Assembly: GCA_963707985.1 (NCBI GenBank)
Contig: CAVPRW010000012.1
Span: 1-64,000, forward strand
Reading direction: 5' to 3'
DNA: 64,000 nucleotides
Origin: an uncultured Nitrospinota bacterium
GTDB taxonomy: Bacteria; Tectomicrobia; Entotheonellia; J063; CAVPRW01
Positions 32,940 through 44,608 of the stretch are shown here, piece after piece. Each line of letters starts with the position of its first letter. Positions within the stretch are counted from its first letter, which is position 1. The notes under the pieces were generated by a model. That model did no database searches, was not told the DNA's origin, and saw only the letters and a program-made list of their open reading frames with translations. The translations under genes and the position numbers were made by a program.

Positions 32940-34145
32940 ATGAGTAGAGCGTTGAATGATATCCACATCCTCGACCTGACACAGTTCGAGGCTGGGACAT
33001 CGTGTACCGAGATCCTGGCCTGGCTGGGCGCCGACGTGATCAAAGTCGAGGAGCCACAGCGTGGAGATCCAGGGCGTTATGGCAGGCAGGAACGTCCGGG
33101 GATGGATAGTACCTATTTCATGACGCTGAACGCGAATAAGAAGGGCATCACCCTGAATCTCAAGCACCCAAAGGGCAAAGAAATCTTTTTGGAGATGGTG
33201 AAAAAGGCCGACGTCGTCGCCGAAAATCAGGCCCCAGGCGGCATGGATCGCATGGGTATCGGCTACAACGTGCTCAGCCAGGTCAACCCGCGTATCGTGT
33301 TGGCGTCTATCAAGGGCTTTGGCAATTACGGACCGTACAGCAGCTATAAAAGCTTTGACATGATCGCCCAGGCCACGGGCGGGCCGATGAGCCTCACCGG
33401 CACTCCAGATGGCCCGCCGCTCAAGCCCGGACCCACCATCGGCGACACCGGCACGGGTATCCACGCTGCCCTCGGCATTATGGCGGCATTATGGCAGCGC
33501 CAAACGACCGGCAAAGGGCAAAAGCTCGAAGTGTCCATGCAGGATGCGATGGTCAGTTTCAGCCGTGTCAAGATGCGGGAGTACTATGTCAAAGGGGATG
33601 TCGTCCTGCGCACTGGGAACGAGTTGGGGGCTGTGGCGCCGGCCGGTATCTTCAAATGCAAGCCAGGTGGACCGGACGATTACGTCTACATCTATTGCCA
33701 ACCCGTGCGCGACCGCATGTGGGAGGCCCTGCTGAAAACGATTGGACGCGAGGATCTGATCGCCGATGAGCAATGGGCCGACCCCAAATGGCGCGCTGAC
33801 CATAAGGCGGAAGTCAATGGTATGGTAGAAGGCTGGTCGCAGACGAAGACCAAGTACGAGGTGATGCACGAGCTCGGCAAGGCTGGCGTGCCCACGGGCG
33901 CAGTCCTTACCACCGGTGAGATCCTGCACGATCCGCACTTGATCGAGCGTGGTATGGTCGTGACGGTGGATCATCCCACCTGGGGACCCTTCACCATGCC
34001 CGGCAATCCGGTTCAACTCTCCGACTCCCCCACCACCGTGACACCAGCGCCGCTGCTGGGGCAGTCTAACGTCGAGGTATACCGAGAGTGGATGGGCTAC
34101 GGACCCGACCAGGTGGCGCAATTGAAAGCCGATGGTGTCATTTAG
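32940..34145 (+). CDS. Family III CoA transferase (formyl-CoA transferase-like)
   Basis: [45 protein letters not shown]. Confidence 0.93.
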   Translation: MSRALNDIHILDLTQFEAGTSCTEILAWLGADVIKVEEPQRGDPGRYGRQERPGMDSTYFMTLNANKKGITLNLKHPKGKEIFLEMVKKADVVAENQAPGGMDRMGIGYNVLSQVNPRIVLASIKGFGNYGPYSSYKSFDMIAQATGGPMSLTGTPDGPPLKPGPTIGDTGTGIHAALGIMAALWQRQTTGKGQKLEVSMQDAMVSFSRVKMREYYVKGDVVLRTGNELGAVAPAGIFKCKPGGPDDYVYIYCQPVRDRMWEALLKTIGREDLIADEQWADPKWRADHKAEVNGMVEGWSQTKTKYEVMHELGKAGVPTGAVLTTGEILHDPHLIERGMVVTVDHPTWGPFTMPGNPVQLSDSPTTVTPAPLLGQSNVEVYREWMGYGPDQVAQLKADGVI

Positions 34146-34273
34146 TCGGTATCACATCGTGCCATCCGGAGTGCTGAGGAAGGGGCGACTGGTCGACGAT
34201 AAAGTGGCTCTGGGCTCTGTATCTTGCGCTCTCGAACTTCAGCACTCAATGCTATCTCTAAAGGAGTGAGCCG

Positions 34274-35203
34274 ATGAAGTTTGGCTTGTTTACCAGCGTC
34301 GGCGGTATTACCTGGCCAGAGCTGCGGGCGCTGTGGCAACATCTCGAGGAAACCGGCTGGGACGCGGCCTGTCTCACGGATCATTTCATGCCCAATGTCC
34401 CCGACCCCGTGCAGGAGACGCTGGAGTGCTGGACGGCGCTGGCCGGCCTGGCCCTGACGACGGAACGTATGCGGATCGGCACACTGGTCACCGGCAACAC
34501 CTACCGTCATCCAGCTGTGGTGGCCAAGATGGCCGCCAATGTGGATATCATGTCGGGCGGTCGCCTGATCTGTGGCATCGGGGCTGGATGGCAAAAGAAT
34601 GAGCATATTGCCTACGGTATTCCATTTTTAACCGTTGGCGAGCGCCTCAGTCGCCTTGAAGAAGCCTGCCAGGTCCTGCACCACTTGTGGACTGAGCCGA
34701 AAACCACGTTTCAAGGCCGCTTCTATCAACTCCACGAAGCTCCGCTCTATCCGAAGCCGGTCCAGACGCCGCATCCTGAGCTGCTCGTCGGCGGTGGCGG
34801 TGAGAAGCGCACACTGCGGATTGCCGCCAAGTATGCGGATCATTGGAATTGTTGGGCTGGCCCTGAGACCATGAAGCGCAAAATCCAGGTGCTGAAGGAG
34901 CACTGCGCGGCCATAGGACGCGACCCCGCGACCATCGTGCGCTCGGCCAATATGCCATTGCTCTTCAGCGATCAACCGGAAGCAAGTGAGCGCCTGATCG
35001 CCAGCGTCAACCGACGCTATGGCTGGCCAGAGCCTTACGTGCGCGACATGCTGCTGACCGGGAGCGTGGCGCAAGTGCAGGATAAGCTCGGCCAGCTCCA
35101 GGAGGTTGGCATCGATCAGGTGTTTATCCCCACCTTCCTGCCACCTTGGACACAGGAGGCGCTGGACCGGTTGATCATGGATGTGGCTCCGGCCTTCCGA
35201 TAG
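34274..35203 (+). CDS. LLM-class, probably F420-dependent, oxidoreductase
   Basis: TDHFMP, LVTGNTYRHPA, GIGAGW, GGGGEKRTL. Confidence 0.9.
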   Translation: MKFGLFTSVGGITWPELRALWQHLEETGWDAACLTDHFMPNVPDPVQETLECWTALAGLALTTERMRIGTLVTGNTYRHPAVVAKMAANVDIMSGGRLICGIGAGWQKNEHIAYGIPFLTVGERLSRLEEACQVLHHLWTEPKTTFQGRFYQLHEAPLYPKPVQTPHPELLVGGGGEKRTLRIAAKYADHWNCWAGPETMKRKIQVLKEHCAAIGRDPATIVRSANMPLLFSDQPEASERLIASVNRRYGWPEPYVRDMLLTGSVAQVQDKLGQLQEVGIDQVFIPTFLPPWTQEALDRLIMDVAPAFR

Positions 35204-35271
35204 TTCGGCTGCTTTTGCGTCGGTCACTGCAAGACCTGGGCGCGGCGGTGCGGGGCGGAAAAGGACATTCT

Positions 35272-36501
35272 ATGCAAGCGGAGATCGTGGTCATCGGCAC
35301 CGAGCTGCTGTTAGGGCAAATCATCGACACCAATGCCGCCTATCTGGCGCAACAACTGTCGAACATCGGCGTCAACCTCTACTACAAGAGCACGGTAGGC
35401 GATAACAAAGGCCGCATGGTGGAAGTGCTAAAGCTGGCCACCGGACGCAGCGACATCGTCATCACGACCGGTGGCATCGGCCCCACCCTGGATGATATGA
35501 CGCGTGAGTCGGTCGCGGAGGTCGTGAGGGCGCCCCTGGAGTTGCACCCGCATCTCCTGGAGCAGATTAAACACATGATGGGCAGCCGTTACACCGAGAA
35601 TAACGCCCGTCAGGCACACATTCCTGCTGGCGCGGTGATCATCGAAAACCCCGTTGGAACAGCGCCGGGGTTCATTGCCCCTACCCCTCGCGGTGGCGTC
35701 GTGGTGAGTCTCCCTGGTGTACCCAGTGAGTTACGGTTGTTGACCGAGCGCACGGTTATTCCCTTTCTCAAAGAGCGTTTCAAGATCACTGCGGTGATCG
35801 TGTCGCGCACGCTCAAATGCGTGGGGTTGACTGAGAGCTTTATCGATGAGACCCTGGATGATCTGATCACCACCGGCAGCAACCCCACCATCGGCTTGCT
35901 GGCGCAGATGCAATTGGGTGAGATTCACGTCCGGCTGACTGCCAAGGCCGCTGACGAAGCCGCGGCCAATATATTGATTGCCCCGCTGGAAGCGAAGGTG
36001 CGCGAGCGCCTTGGCCAGGCTGTCTTTGGGGCTGATGATCATGAGTATGAGGCTGTGGTGGCTGATCTCATCCGCCGGCATGGTCTTACCATTGCCGTGG
36101 CCGAATGCGGTCTGACGGGTGGTGTCGGCCATGAATTATCGCTGGCGCTGGCCGGCGACCGTCACTTTGCGGCGGCCGTGACTGCCAATCTGCCCGCAGC
36201 CTTGGAGCACTTACTGGATGTCCCGGATACGCTCCTCAGGCAATCTGGCATCGTCAGTCCCGAAGTGGCCGCAGCCATGGCCCACGGGGTACGACGTCGC
36301 AATGGCACCGATTTGGGATTAGCGGTGACTGGCGCGGAGCGTCTGCCGGGAAGTGATGAAACGGTGGCATATATTGCCCTCGCGCACAGCCAGGATGCCA
36401 TTACGCCTGGCGAGTTTCGCCGCGTCAGCAGTATGCGGTTCGCGCGCCAGCGCATTGGCCGCGCCAGCTTGCAGGTGGTATATCACCACTTGGCAAGATG
36501 A
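35272..36501 (+). CDS. cinA: CinA-family protein (MocF domain plus degenerate PncC domain)
   Basis: GTELLLGQIIDTN, GGIGPTLDD, GTAPG, PGVPSE. Confidence 0.88.
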   Translation: MQAEIVVIGTELLLGQIIDTNAAYLAQQLSNIGVNLYYKSTVGDNKGRMVEVLKLATGRSDIVITTGGIGPTLDDMTRESVAEVVRAPLELHPHLLEQIKHMMGSRYTENNARQAHIPAGAVIIENPVGTAPGFIAPTPRGGVVVSLPGVPSELRLLTERTVIPFLKERFKITAVIVSRTLKCVGLTESFIDETLDDLITTGSNPTIGLLAQMQLGEIHVRLTAKAADEAAANILIAPLEAKVRERLGQAVFGADDHEYEAVVADLIRRHGLTIAVAECGLTGGVGHELSLALAGDRHFAAAVTANLPAALEHLLDVPDTLLRQSGIVSPEVAAAMAHGVRRRNGTDLGLAVTGAERLPGSDETVAYIALAHSQDAITPGEFRRVSSMRFARQRIGRASLQVVYHHLAR

Positions 36502-36610
36502 AGGGCAGGGAGGAGGGGTACACGAAAGCCCCTCCCCCTGTCGGCGTCCTGCTGCCAGAGCGTGATGTGCGATCAGTCACGATTGGGTCCGTGGGAACGA
36601 GCACATCCCT

Positions 36611-37648
36611 TTAGGCTCGAAACAGCGGCAAGACGTTCTCACCAAAGAGTTTCATCGAGTGCTCAACCTGCTCCGGGGGCATCTGGCCGACGTTGACGTT
36701 GAGGAGCAGGTTGCGAACTCCAACTCCCCTCAATGCTGCAACTTGCTCTGCCACACGCGTTGGCGTGCCGGCCAGGAAAGCATGCTCGACCATCTCGTTA
36801 GGACTCGGAGGGGCGTCGGGGTTTCGGGGTGGGAGACCTCCAGGATTATAGCGTCGGCGCGCCTCGTCGAGGTGGTGACGATAGCGCTTCAGGGCTCCAG
36901 AGGCCACATCGAGCGCCTCTGCATTGCTGTCCGCCACGTATAACGCCCGCTGCGCCCAGGTTTGATCCAGGGTGTTCTCGACTGCCTCCTGCTCGAAACC
37001 AACCTCCAACATGGTGTCTTCATAGCGCTGCAGACGCTGGCGCAGTGTGTCGAGCGTCTGCACACCGATCAGCACCGGCCGGCCGATGCGTGCCATCTCG
37101 AGCATGGACGCTTCGCCGATGCAAGCACGCACCAGGGGTGGGTGAGGTTTTTGGTAGGGCGGTGGCCGCAGACGCGGGAACGACAGGTGCCAATACTTCC
37201 CCTGGTGCTCGACGTTTTCCCCGGTCCATGCCTTCACCAGTAGGTCCTCGGCTTCGGCCATCCTCTGGCGACCTTCGTCCATGGTCGTGCCAAAGCCGAT
37301 GTATTCAAATTCGTTGTAGGCCGATCCGCGTCCTGTGCCGACGATCAACCGACCCCGGCTCAGATGATCGAGCAACGACGTCTGCACCGCCAGCCGTATG
37401 GGATGATGCAGCGCCATCTCGACCACCGCGAAGCCGATGCGCACCCGTCGGGTCCGCGTGGCGACGGCTGCCCCGAAGACGAGGGGATCGGCATAGGCCA
37501 CGGCCCCGTCGAAATGGTGCTCGGTCAGCCACACGGCATCGAAACCGAGCGCTTCAGCCAGTTCCACTTCCCGCAGGGTGTTGTCGATGACCTGATGATC
37601 CTCACTCGGATCATGGCTGATGGAGAACACAAACGTCCCGAATCGCAT
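36611..37648 (-). CDS. Luciferase-like flavin-dependent monooxygenase
   Basis: AEALGFDAVWLTEHH, LDHLSRGRL..GTGRG, QKPHPP. Confidence 0.92.
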   Translation of the reverse strand: MRFGTFVFSISHDPSEDHQVIDNTLREVELAEALGFDAVWLTEHHFDGAVAYADPLVFGAAVATRTRRVRIGFAVVEMALHHPIRLAVQTSLLDHLSRGRLIVGTGRGSAYNEFEYIGFGTTMDEGRQRMAEAEDLLVKAWTGENVEHQGKYWHLSFPRLRPPPYQKPHPPLVRACIGEASMLEMARIGRPVLIGVQTLDTLRQRLQRYEDTMLEVGFEQEAVENTLDQTWAQRALYVADSNAEALDVASGALKRYRHHLDEARRRYNPGGLPPRNPDAPPSPNEMVEHAFLAGTPTRVAEQVAALRGVGVRNLLLNVNVGQMPPEQVEHSMKLFGENVLPLFRA

Positions 37649-37919
37649 GCCTACTCTCCCTGTTGTCCGCTCCCTCTCTGGCCACCATGACCACAGGCTG
37701 TGTTGTGTCGGCCCGGTGGCTTTGATATAGTCGGATCTCCCCGCCAACATGCGCCAGGCGAGCTGGCGAGACTATAGCATGTCGACGGACAGAGGGGAAC
37801 TCGCAGGTGCCTGCCCGTGGAAGCCATCGGACCGCTTGAGGAGTGGTACACAGCCCGCACCGACGTGGTCTGTGGATCTCGAATAATGCAGAAAATCATG
37901 CGACCAGAGAGGTGAAGCC

Positions 37920-39338
37920 ATGTCAGCAACCACCGTTGATACCATCGTGCGCGGCGGACAGGTAGTGACCGCATCGGAGGCCTACGAGGCCAGCATTGCC
38001 ATCCGCGGTGAAAAAATCGTCGCCATCGGTCCTGACGATGTCCTGCCGCCCGCCGACCGGTATATCGATGCCTCAGGCAAGTTCGTTCTCCCCGGAGCCA
38101 TCGACTGCCACGTCCACCTGGGTGGACACGACGACTATCGCACCGGTGGCATCGCGGCCGCCCATGCCGGGCTGACCACGATCATCCCGTTTGCGATGTA
38201 CGACCTCGCCCACCGCGAAACCTTGCCCCAATCCATCAGACGTCAGAACGAAGAGGTCGGGAAGGTGTCGGTGGTCGATTTTGCCTGGCATTTCATCCTG
38301 AACAACGATCCCTACATCTTCGAGGGACTGCCCGAGGCGCTGCAGATGGGGGTGAGCTCCTATAAGATGTTCATGACCTATAAAAAGCGTCAGGATCGCA
38401 TGTGTTCCGATCGCTTCATCTGCCAGGCGATGGAGATGATCGCCGCCGGAGGGGGCATCACCCAGCTGCACTGCGAGAACGGCGACGTCATCGATTATCT
38501 CGAAGACAAGATGATGGCCGAAGGGCGCGTCCACCCCACGGACTTCCCACAGGCCTGCCCGGATTGGGTCGAGGAAGAAGCCATCAATCGCGCCATCAAA
38601 CTGGGCGCGCTGACCAATTGCCCGACGTACGTGGTGCATCTCAGCACACAACTGGGGCTTGAGCTGATCAAGCGCGCACAGGCCGAGGGCCAGCGCGTAT
38701 GGACGGAGAGCTGCCCGCAATATCTGCTGCTCTCGGATGCCGAGTTAGCGCAGTGGGGGCCACTGGCCAAGATCGGCCCGCCGCTTCGGCCCGCTGGCGG
38801 CCCCAACCAGCCGGCCCTGTGGAAGGGATTAGAGCAGGGCTACATCTCCTGCGTTGCCAGCGATCACGCACCTGCCTCCAAAGAGCTCAAGGAACCCGGC
38901 TGGGAGAACATCTTCGTGGGGCCGAACGGGGCCGTCATTCCCTTTGGCTCACCAGGCATCGAAACCCTGGTCCCATTGATGTACAGCGAGGGGGTGGTGA
39001 AGCGCGGATTCCCCATCTGGTGGATGGCGCGAGCGTTGGCGGAGAACCCGGCACGCATTTTCGGGCTGTATCCCAGAAAGGGCGCCATTCGGGTCGGCTC
39101 CGATGCCGATGTGCTCATTCTCGACCCCACCCCGACGCGCACAATCCGGGCGGCCGAGCACTATAGTAAGACGGGCTACAGCCTGTTCGAAGGGTGGGAC
39201 GTGCAGGGCCAGCCCTGGATGACGCTCCTGCGCGGGCGCGTGTTGCTGAATCAGGGCACGCTGGAGCAGCAGCCGGGCTACGGCCAATTCCTACCGGCTG
39301 GCAGCCCTCTGCCGCCGATCGGGGGGCGCGTGAAATAA
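37920..39338 (+). CDS. Dihydropyrimidinase/allantoinase-like cyclic amidohydrolase
   Basis: DCHVH, YKMFM, HCEN, HLS, SDHAP, GSDAD. Confidence 0.9.
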   Translation: MSATTVDTIVRGGQVVTASEAYEASIAIRGEKIVAIGPDDVLPPADRYIDASGKFVLPGAIDCHVHLGGHDDYRTGGIAAAHAGLTTIIPFAMYDLAHRETLPQSIRRQNEEVGKVSVVDFAWHFILNNDPYIFEGLPEALQMGVSSYKMFMTYKKRQDRMCSDRFICQAMEMIAAGGGITQLHCENGDVIDYLEDKMMAEGRVHPTDFPQACPDWVEEEAINRAIKLGALTNCPTYVVHLSTQLGLELIKRAQAEGQRVWTESCPQYLLLSDAELAQWGPLAKIGPPLRPAGGPNQPALWKGLEQGYISCVASDHAPASKELKEPGWENIFVGPNGAVIPFGSPGIETLVPLMYSEGVVKRGFPIWWMARALAENPARIFGLYPRKGAIRVGSDADVLILDPTPTRTIRAAEHYSKTGYSLFEGWDVQGQPWMTLLRGRVLLNQGTLEQQPGYGQFLPAGSPLPPIGGRVK

Positions 39339-39475
39339 GCACCTCAGTACTTTCCCCGCCTTTCGTGGTGGAAAAGCGGAAGGATGAGGAAGGATTGCCA
39401 ACGCTATGCTAGGTGAAACAGCGCGATAGCATAAGTCGTCCTGCCCACGAGCATCGCAGTTTTCGGTCCAGATTA

Positions 39476-39636
39476 GGTTGTTGGCCACTTTTGGTGGAAT
39501 GAGAAGGTGGAGGTCTCACAACGTTTGCCCACATGCAGGTGGGCAGGGCGGACCACACCGTTACTGAGGGGAAACCCCTGAACCCCTCTCGTCCAGGTTC
39601 CCGTTCTCAGGGCATCACCAAAAGTGGCCAAAAGCC
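39476..39636. mobile_element. MITE A
   Basis: 21-bp terminal inverted repeats (ggttgttggccacttttggtg / caccaaaagtggccaaaagcc, 2 mismatches) flanked by TA on both sides; same end at 7680-7700. Confidence 0.7.
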
Positions 39637-39637
39637 T

Positions 39638-39980
39638 AGATAATTCTGAAAGTTACAGGTTTGCTCTCCCCTGCTGCCGGCGTTTGGCCTTGCATAACGG
39701 CCTTTACGCAAGCCTCATCAGCAATGCTGACCATTTATTTTAGGCGTCATGCCCCCACCTGGGCAGAATAGCCAATCGAGTCGCCCGGGACAAAATATCC
39801 CGTCGTGAGATAGAATGTCCCATAGATGATAGGCGAAGACCTCTTACGATATAGGCACCAGTCCACGGCATCTAGACCATGACACTTCCCGCGCAGAGCC
39901 ACCCTGCCTGATACCACAAAGCACGATACTACTGAGCAGGATTCCTAATCCTCTGTCACCTGTAACTCTCAGAAATACCT
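39638..39980. mobile_element. MITE B
   Basis: Inverted repeats 39638-39660 and 39958-39980 (20 of 23 match); another copy of the left end at 44502-44523. Confidence 0.6.
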
Positions 39981-40366
39981 CAAAATTTATAATCCGTTCG
40001 AGAATGGCAGCTTTATTGCTCTAGTACGTATCGTCGCCGAGGTCGCCACACCTGTCCGTTCATCACAGAGGAGCCCCCGATGCATATGCCACGTAGCTCC
40101 GTGTCCTTCCTAACTGCGGTCGGAATACCTTTCTCAGGCCGATCCTGTTTTCTCATCAGGCCTCAACTTCTTACGAGCTTCTACCCCCTCCCTTTGGGGA
40201 AGGACATCGCGCGCCTCCACCCTCCTCCTAGGCTTGAGGATGGCTTCATTGCTGCGGGAGACGTGAGCGAGCACAAGAAATAAGCTGGCCGAGCCCGCTC
40301 CAAATCACATACGTGCATCGCGCAGGGCCCAGCCAGACGGCTTATGGCAGAGAGGAGACCTTCATC

Positions 40367-40672
40367 ATGCCGGCCCAAAAAGTGCTCTTGGATACCTACA
40401 TTCTGAGGAGCCGCACTGATCATACCGGGCACTTTATCGCCCCCCATGGCCTTCCCAAATCTGCAGGTCCAGATTCCTATGTGATCGACGGGGTTCTGGT
40501 GGCTATTCAGCATCCGAATGGGGCATGGGTCACATTGGATACGAGTAACCAATACAACAACACGTTTTTCTGGAACGATGAGCGGGTAGAGGGCTGGATC
40601 ACCCGAGAAAATCAGCCATTTTCCAACAGAGATGTGCGGATTGTGATTTTTGCTCATTGGTTTGTCGGATAA
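40367..40672 (+). CDS. Hypothetical 101-aa beta-rich protein
   Basis: Strong RBS GAGGAG, natural-looking composition, no family recognised. Confidence 0.65.
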   Translation: MPAQKVLLDTYILRSRTDHTGHFIAPHGLPKSAGPDSYVIDGVLVAIQHPNGAWVTLDTSNQYNNTFFWNDERVEGWITRENQPFSNRDVRIVIFAHWFVG

Positions 40673-40866
40673 ATCCTCCTCACCATACATGGCGCGCACC
40701 GCACATTGTATCAGGTGAAACGAACACGGGTATCAAAAGTCTGACAGCATATTTGAAGGACTGATTTATGAATGGGTCACAAACGACGCCGTCTCGATTG
40801 AGCCAGCTCGACAATCGAGGGTTCCAAATTATCTGACCATTGATTTTATTGCGTCTAGAGGTCCCT

Positions 40867-43800
40867 ATGCCACTTTTGATCCGTTTGTTCAATTTGACCG
40901 GAGGATCCTCTGCGAGGACAGGTGAAGAACTATCCTGGTGGAGGAGGTTCGTTCGGTGGTGGGTTCGGTGGTGGAATTATTATGTGGCAGGCCTGAGGAT
41001 GACATCTGCCCTCATGCCCATCATGACTTTGCTGGGCTGTATTCGCGGATGGGGAGACCATCGGGCTCTGCTGGTCGGCATCCTTGCTGGTCTTGGTGGA
41101 TGGGCTATCATGGCATGGGTGGCCCGACATTTTGTGACGGTTGATGGCGCAAACCCAGATGTCTATCACGAACTCCGCTGTCGCTTTGCCATCCTCTGCA
41201 CACAAATGGACACGCTCCAACATGCCTCCCCAAACCCCGCTCAGCCCCCCTCCGAAGACCCCCAGCTCTCTATACGGCGAGCGACTGCCATGGCAGAAAT
41301 CGACACCTATCTGCGCGAGGTGGGGGCTGAGCTGGACCCTGAGAGGGTGACCACGCGCCATACGGACTCCCGGCAAAATTGGGTGCTCGGCTACGGCTAC
41401 ATTATACTGCAGAAGCAGATTCACCGCGTAGAGGAAAACTTCCTGCTCATCGCCCCGCGTCCCGCCGTGCTTGCTGAGGCACGGTATGATAGACTGCGCC
41501 TGCAAGACTCCACCTGCAAGACTCCACGATTCCTAACTATAAACTGTAGTTTCGCGTGAATTTGCTTCGACTATGATGAATTGTAAGCCAACGCCGTGTA
41601 AAGGGACGTAGGCAAGTGCAAGTACCGCAGCAGTTGGTCATGCAGTGGGGAGAGCGGGGTGAGATGCCACCAGGTGTTTGTCCCCATCTCCACATGCGTC
41701 AAGGTGATCTGTGCACGGGCAAACGCTTGCAAAATGCGCGTGCCGGTAGGCCGCCCCGTCGTGCGGGTGGGCGAGCCCTCATAGAGGCCGGTCAGGGCGT
41801 CTTGCGTTTGCTCCAGTCCGCGCCGCACCTGGGTTTCCAGCAGCGTCAACAGCCGCAGTGCCAGGGTCAGGAGCCGCGTCAGGCCCTGAATCTGCTCCTT
41901 CTTCCAGACAAACAACGGACTGAGGCCCAGGGGAAGGTCTTTAACGAGATGGAAATCGCGTTCCAGCGACCAGCCCCCCCGATAGTGGCGGACGGCCTGC
42001 GGCAAGGGCAGCCAGTCCACTGGGGCATTGGTCACCTGGACCCGCCACCCCAGGCGCTGTTGCCGGGTGGCAATGGCCTCCTCGTGCCGCTGCACGCCAG
42101 TAATGGCATAGCGGACCTGCACCTGGGTGCGGGTAGGACGATCAGCTCCCCCCCGGCCCCGGCCCACGTAGCGGGTCACGGCCGTCTCGTGCCGCTCCCA
42201 CCGTGCCGTCAGCAGCCCGGCCACCTCGTATCGTTCCACTACGCGAGCAATCGCCGCTTGCAAGGTGTCTTCGTCCCGGAGCTGGCGCTTGCCGCGTCCT
42301 GGGGAGGGCGTCAGCGTCCCCAGCTCCGCCTCAGCGGCGGCCAGACGCTTCTCCAGGGTAGCCTGTTGGCGCTGGGCCAGGGCTGGCGAGCGCACCACCT
42401 GCACGCGTTCTATCCAGTGTACGGGCTCTCCGTCTACCACCGTGTGCAGCGGACGCTCGAACTCATAGCCCGCCCCCAGCCAGCGCTCCCCGTCCCACAG
42501 CAGTGTGGCCTCTTGTGCGCCGTCCACGATCGCCGTGACCCAGGTTGCGACCTGCGCGGCCGTCTCGCCTGTCAGCGGCAGCGGCACGAGGTAGAAGTCG
42601 TGATGGGCGGCGATCTGAGCCCGCGTGGCCAGCGCTGCCATCTTGCAATCTCCTGCGTACAGCAAGCCGCTGCGCCCCACGATGCGACGCACCCGCTGCA
42701 ACAGCGGGGTGTAGAGCGGGTCATCAGCACACTGGCCTGGGTGGACATCGCAGGCCATCAGATGCCCCGACGGCTCTGCAGCGGCGGCCATCAGCTTCAG
42801 TTGTGGCAGATCGGGACGATGGTCTTTGCTGTGACCGCGCTGCATCACCCCCTCGTCGGTCACGTGGTGGTACCCATAGCTCGTCGTGCTGTCCAAGCGG
42901 ATCCCCGTCAGCTCGAGTTCATACACCGCTACCGTCGTAGCCCACAGGTCGTGCTCGATGGCGTCCCAGGTCGCGTCGTCGCTCAGTCGATGCAACACGC
43001 CCCCCAACCGATCATCGCTGAACTCCACCGCGCGGATCGGTTGACCCAACAGGTGTTCCAGGATGTGGGACCTGCCGTTGGCCCATTCGCGCACAGCCGA
43101 TTTGCGGTGATCGGCCTGCGACAGGATGTAGGCCAGCCAACCCACCGCCAACTGGCCATTGTGCAGCCCCTGCTGCAAGCCGTGGGTTTTCATATGACGG
43201 TCAAGGACCTCAGCCAACCGCAACCGGTTGGCCAAACCGATGATCAATGGAATGTCGTCAACTCGTTCATGTTGGAGAATAAGTGTCTGTGCCATGTGGC
43301 ACAGCCTATCGCAGAATTCACGATAGGGCTAGTCGGTTTACGCGAAAGGTAAGATAAAGAGCTCCTCAGTGACCTAAATAGCGCCGTGACGGTCTTGAAT
43401 GCTCCGCAGCAGGACCAATCTCCTCATCAGCCACCCGCTGCCGCTAACCTACTTGCTACTGCAAACCCATCCGCTGCCACGAACTCACCTGCTGTCGCGA
43501 ACCCGAGGCCTGCGGAGTGGACGCCCAAGGAGGAGTTCAAGGCACGAGAAGTGTTACGACACGTGAGGCGTACCATCAACGAGTTCCGTGACGAGCGGCG
43601 AACCGGGATCGTTCGGGCTCGCAATCGGTTGTTCAGGACGCTGACCCTGACCGGATTGATGATCTTCTTGGCCGTGGCATTGGCCGCCCTTGCCCTCCCT
43701 GATACACTCCCTGAGAAACCAAATGTCCCTTTTATAGCGCCTTTTATAGCGGGTGCGACGTTCTTTCTGCTCGGCTCGATCGTCGGCGTATTCAATCAGC

Positions 43801-44204
43801 TCTACCTTGACGCCGGAACCGAGGTGGCGACTGAGGACTATGGGCTGGCTCTGGTGCGGCTCTTACACACCCCCATGATCTCAGGGCTTGCCGCCTTGCT
43901 CAGTGTAGCGATCATTCCCATATTGTCTGCCACGGTCGACTCGTCGATGGTCAACTCGTCAACTCCCCCGGAGCTGGGCTCGGATGCGATCTTCAAATCG
44001 TTGATGGTCAACCCCACGGTGCCGGGCTTGGGTGCGATCTTCAACCTCCCACTAAAACCATTCAGTCTCGTGCTGGCAGCGATTTTCGGCATGAGTCCTG
44101 TCGTCCTGATTGGGCGACTTCAGCAAGAAGCGAATCGGTATAAAGCGGACCTCAAGAGTAGCGAAGCCTCCTCCTCACGCTCAGGGGTGACTTCCACGCC
44201 CTAA
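40867..44204 (+). pseudogene. Unknown multi-TM protein (502 aa when rebuilt), broken by a 14-bp duplication and an IS1634 insertion
   Basis: Removing one ctgcaagactccac copy and the IS with one ATAAA gives the in-frame ...LQDSTIPNYKELLSDLNSAVTVLN... that joins ORF 40840 to ORF 43386. Confidence 0.85.
41544..43353 (-). mobile_element. IS1634-family insertion sequence, intact 574-aa transposase (41571..43295)
   Basis: RLDSTT, GHSKDHRPDLPQLK, AGDCKM, ERDFHLVK; imperfect inverted repeats ctgtagtttcgcgtgaa / cttacctttcgcgtaaa; 5-bp TSD ATAAA at 41539-41543 and 43354-43358. Confidence 0.92.
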
Positions 44205-44608
44205 TCCGATTTGGACGCATATTCTCAGAGGGGCCAGATACATGGAAAGTAACGTTCCCCCTAGTCCTTCGATGGGTCTCTGCTGCTTATCGTCCTCCGT
44301 CCCAACTTGCGCTACATTCCTCCTCGAGGCCATCCAATGCCCTTGATTTTCCAACCTACGAATTTCGTAAATCACGTCATCCTGTCGTGACCTTGGGTCG
44401 AACGCGACACATCCACGCGGCCCTCGTTCCCGTCAAGCGGATTTTCGCGCTCAAAGGTTACCTTCACCGGAATCGGATGACACATAATTCTGAAACCCGG
44501 ATAGATAATTTTGAAAGTTACAGCGAGCAGATTTCTCTCCCCTCCTAACCCCCGATAATGTATTTTCCCGTGCCTTCCTTTCTCATTGCTCGGGTGTCCA
44601 GTTTACCG

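Noticed and set aside
41616..43352. 578-aa plus-strand ORF
   Set aside because: Antisense shadow of the IS1634 transposase.
43435..43510. Degenerate 18-bp repeats (PAAANL/LATANP/SAATNS/PAVANP)
   Set aside because: Low-complexity coding linker in the membrane protein, not an array with spacers.
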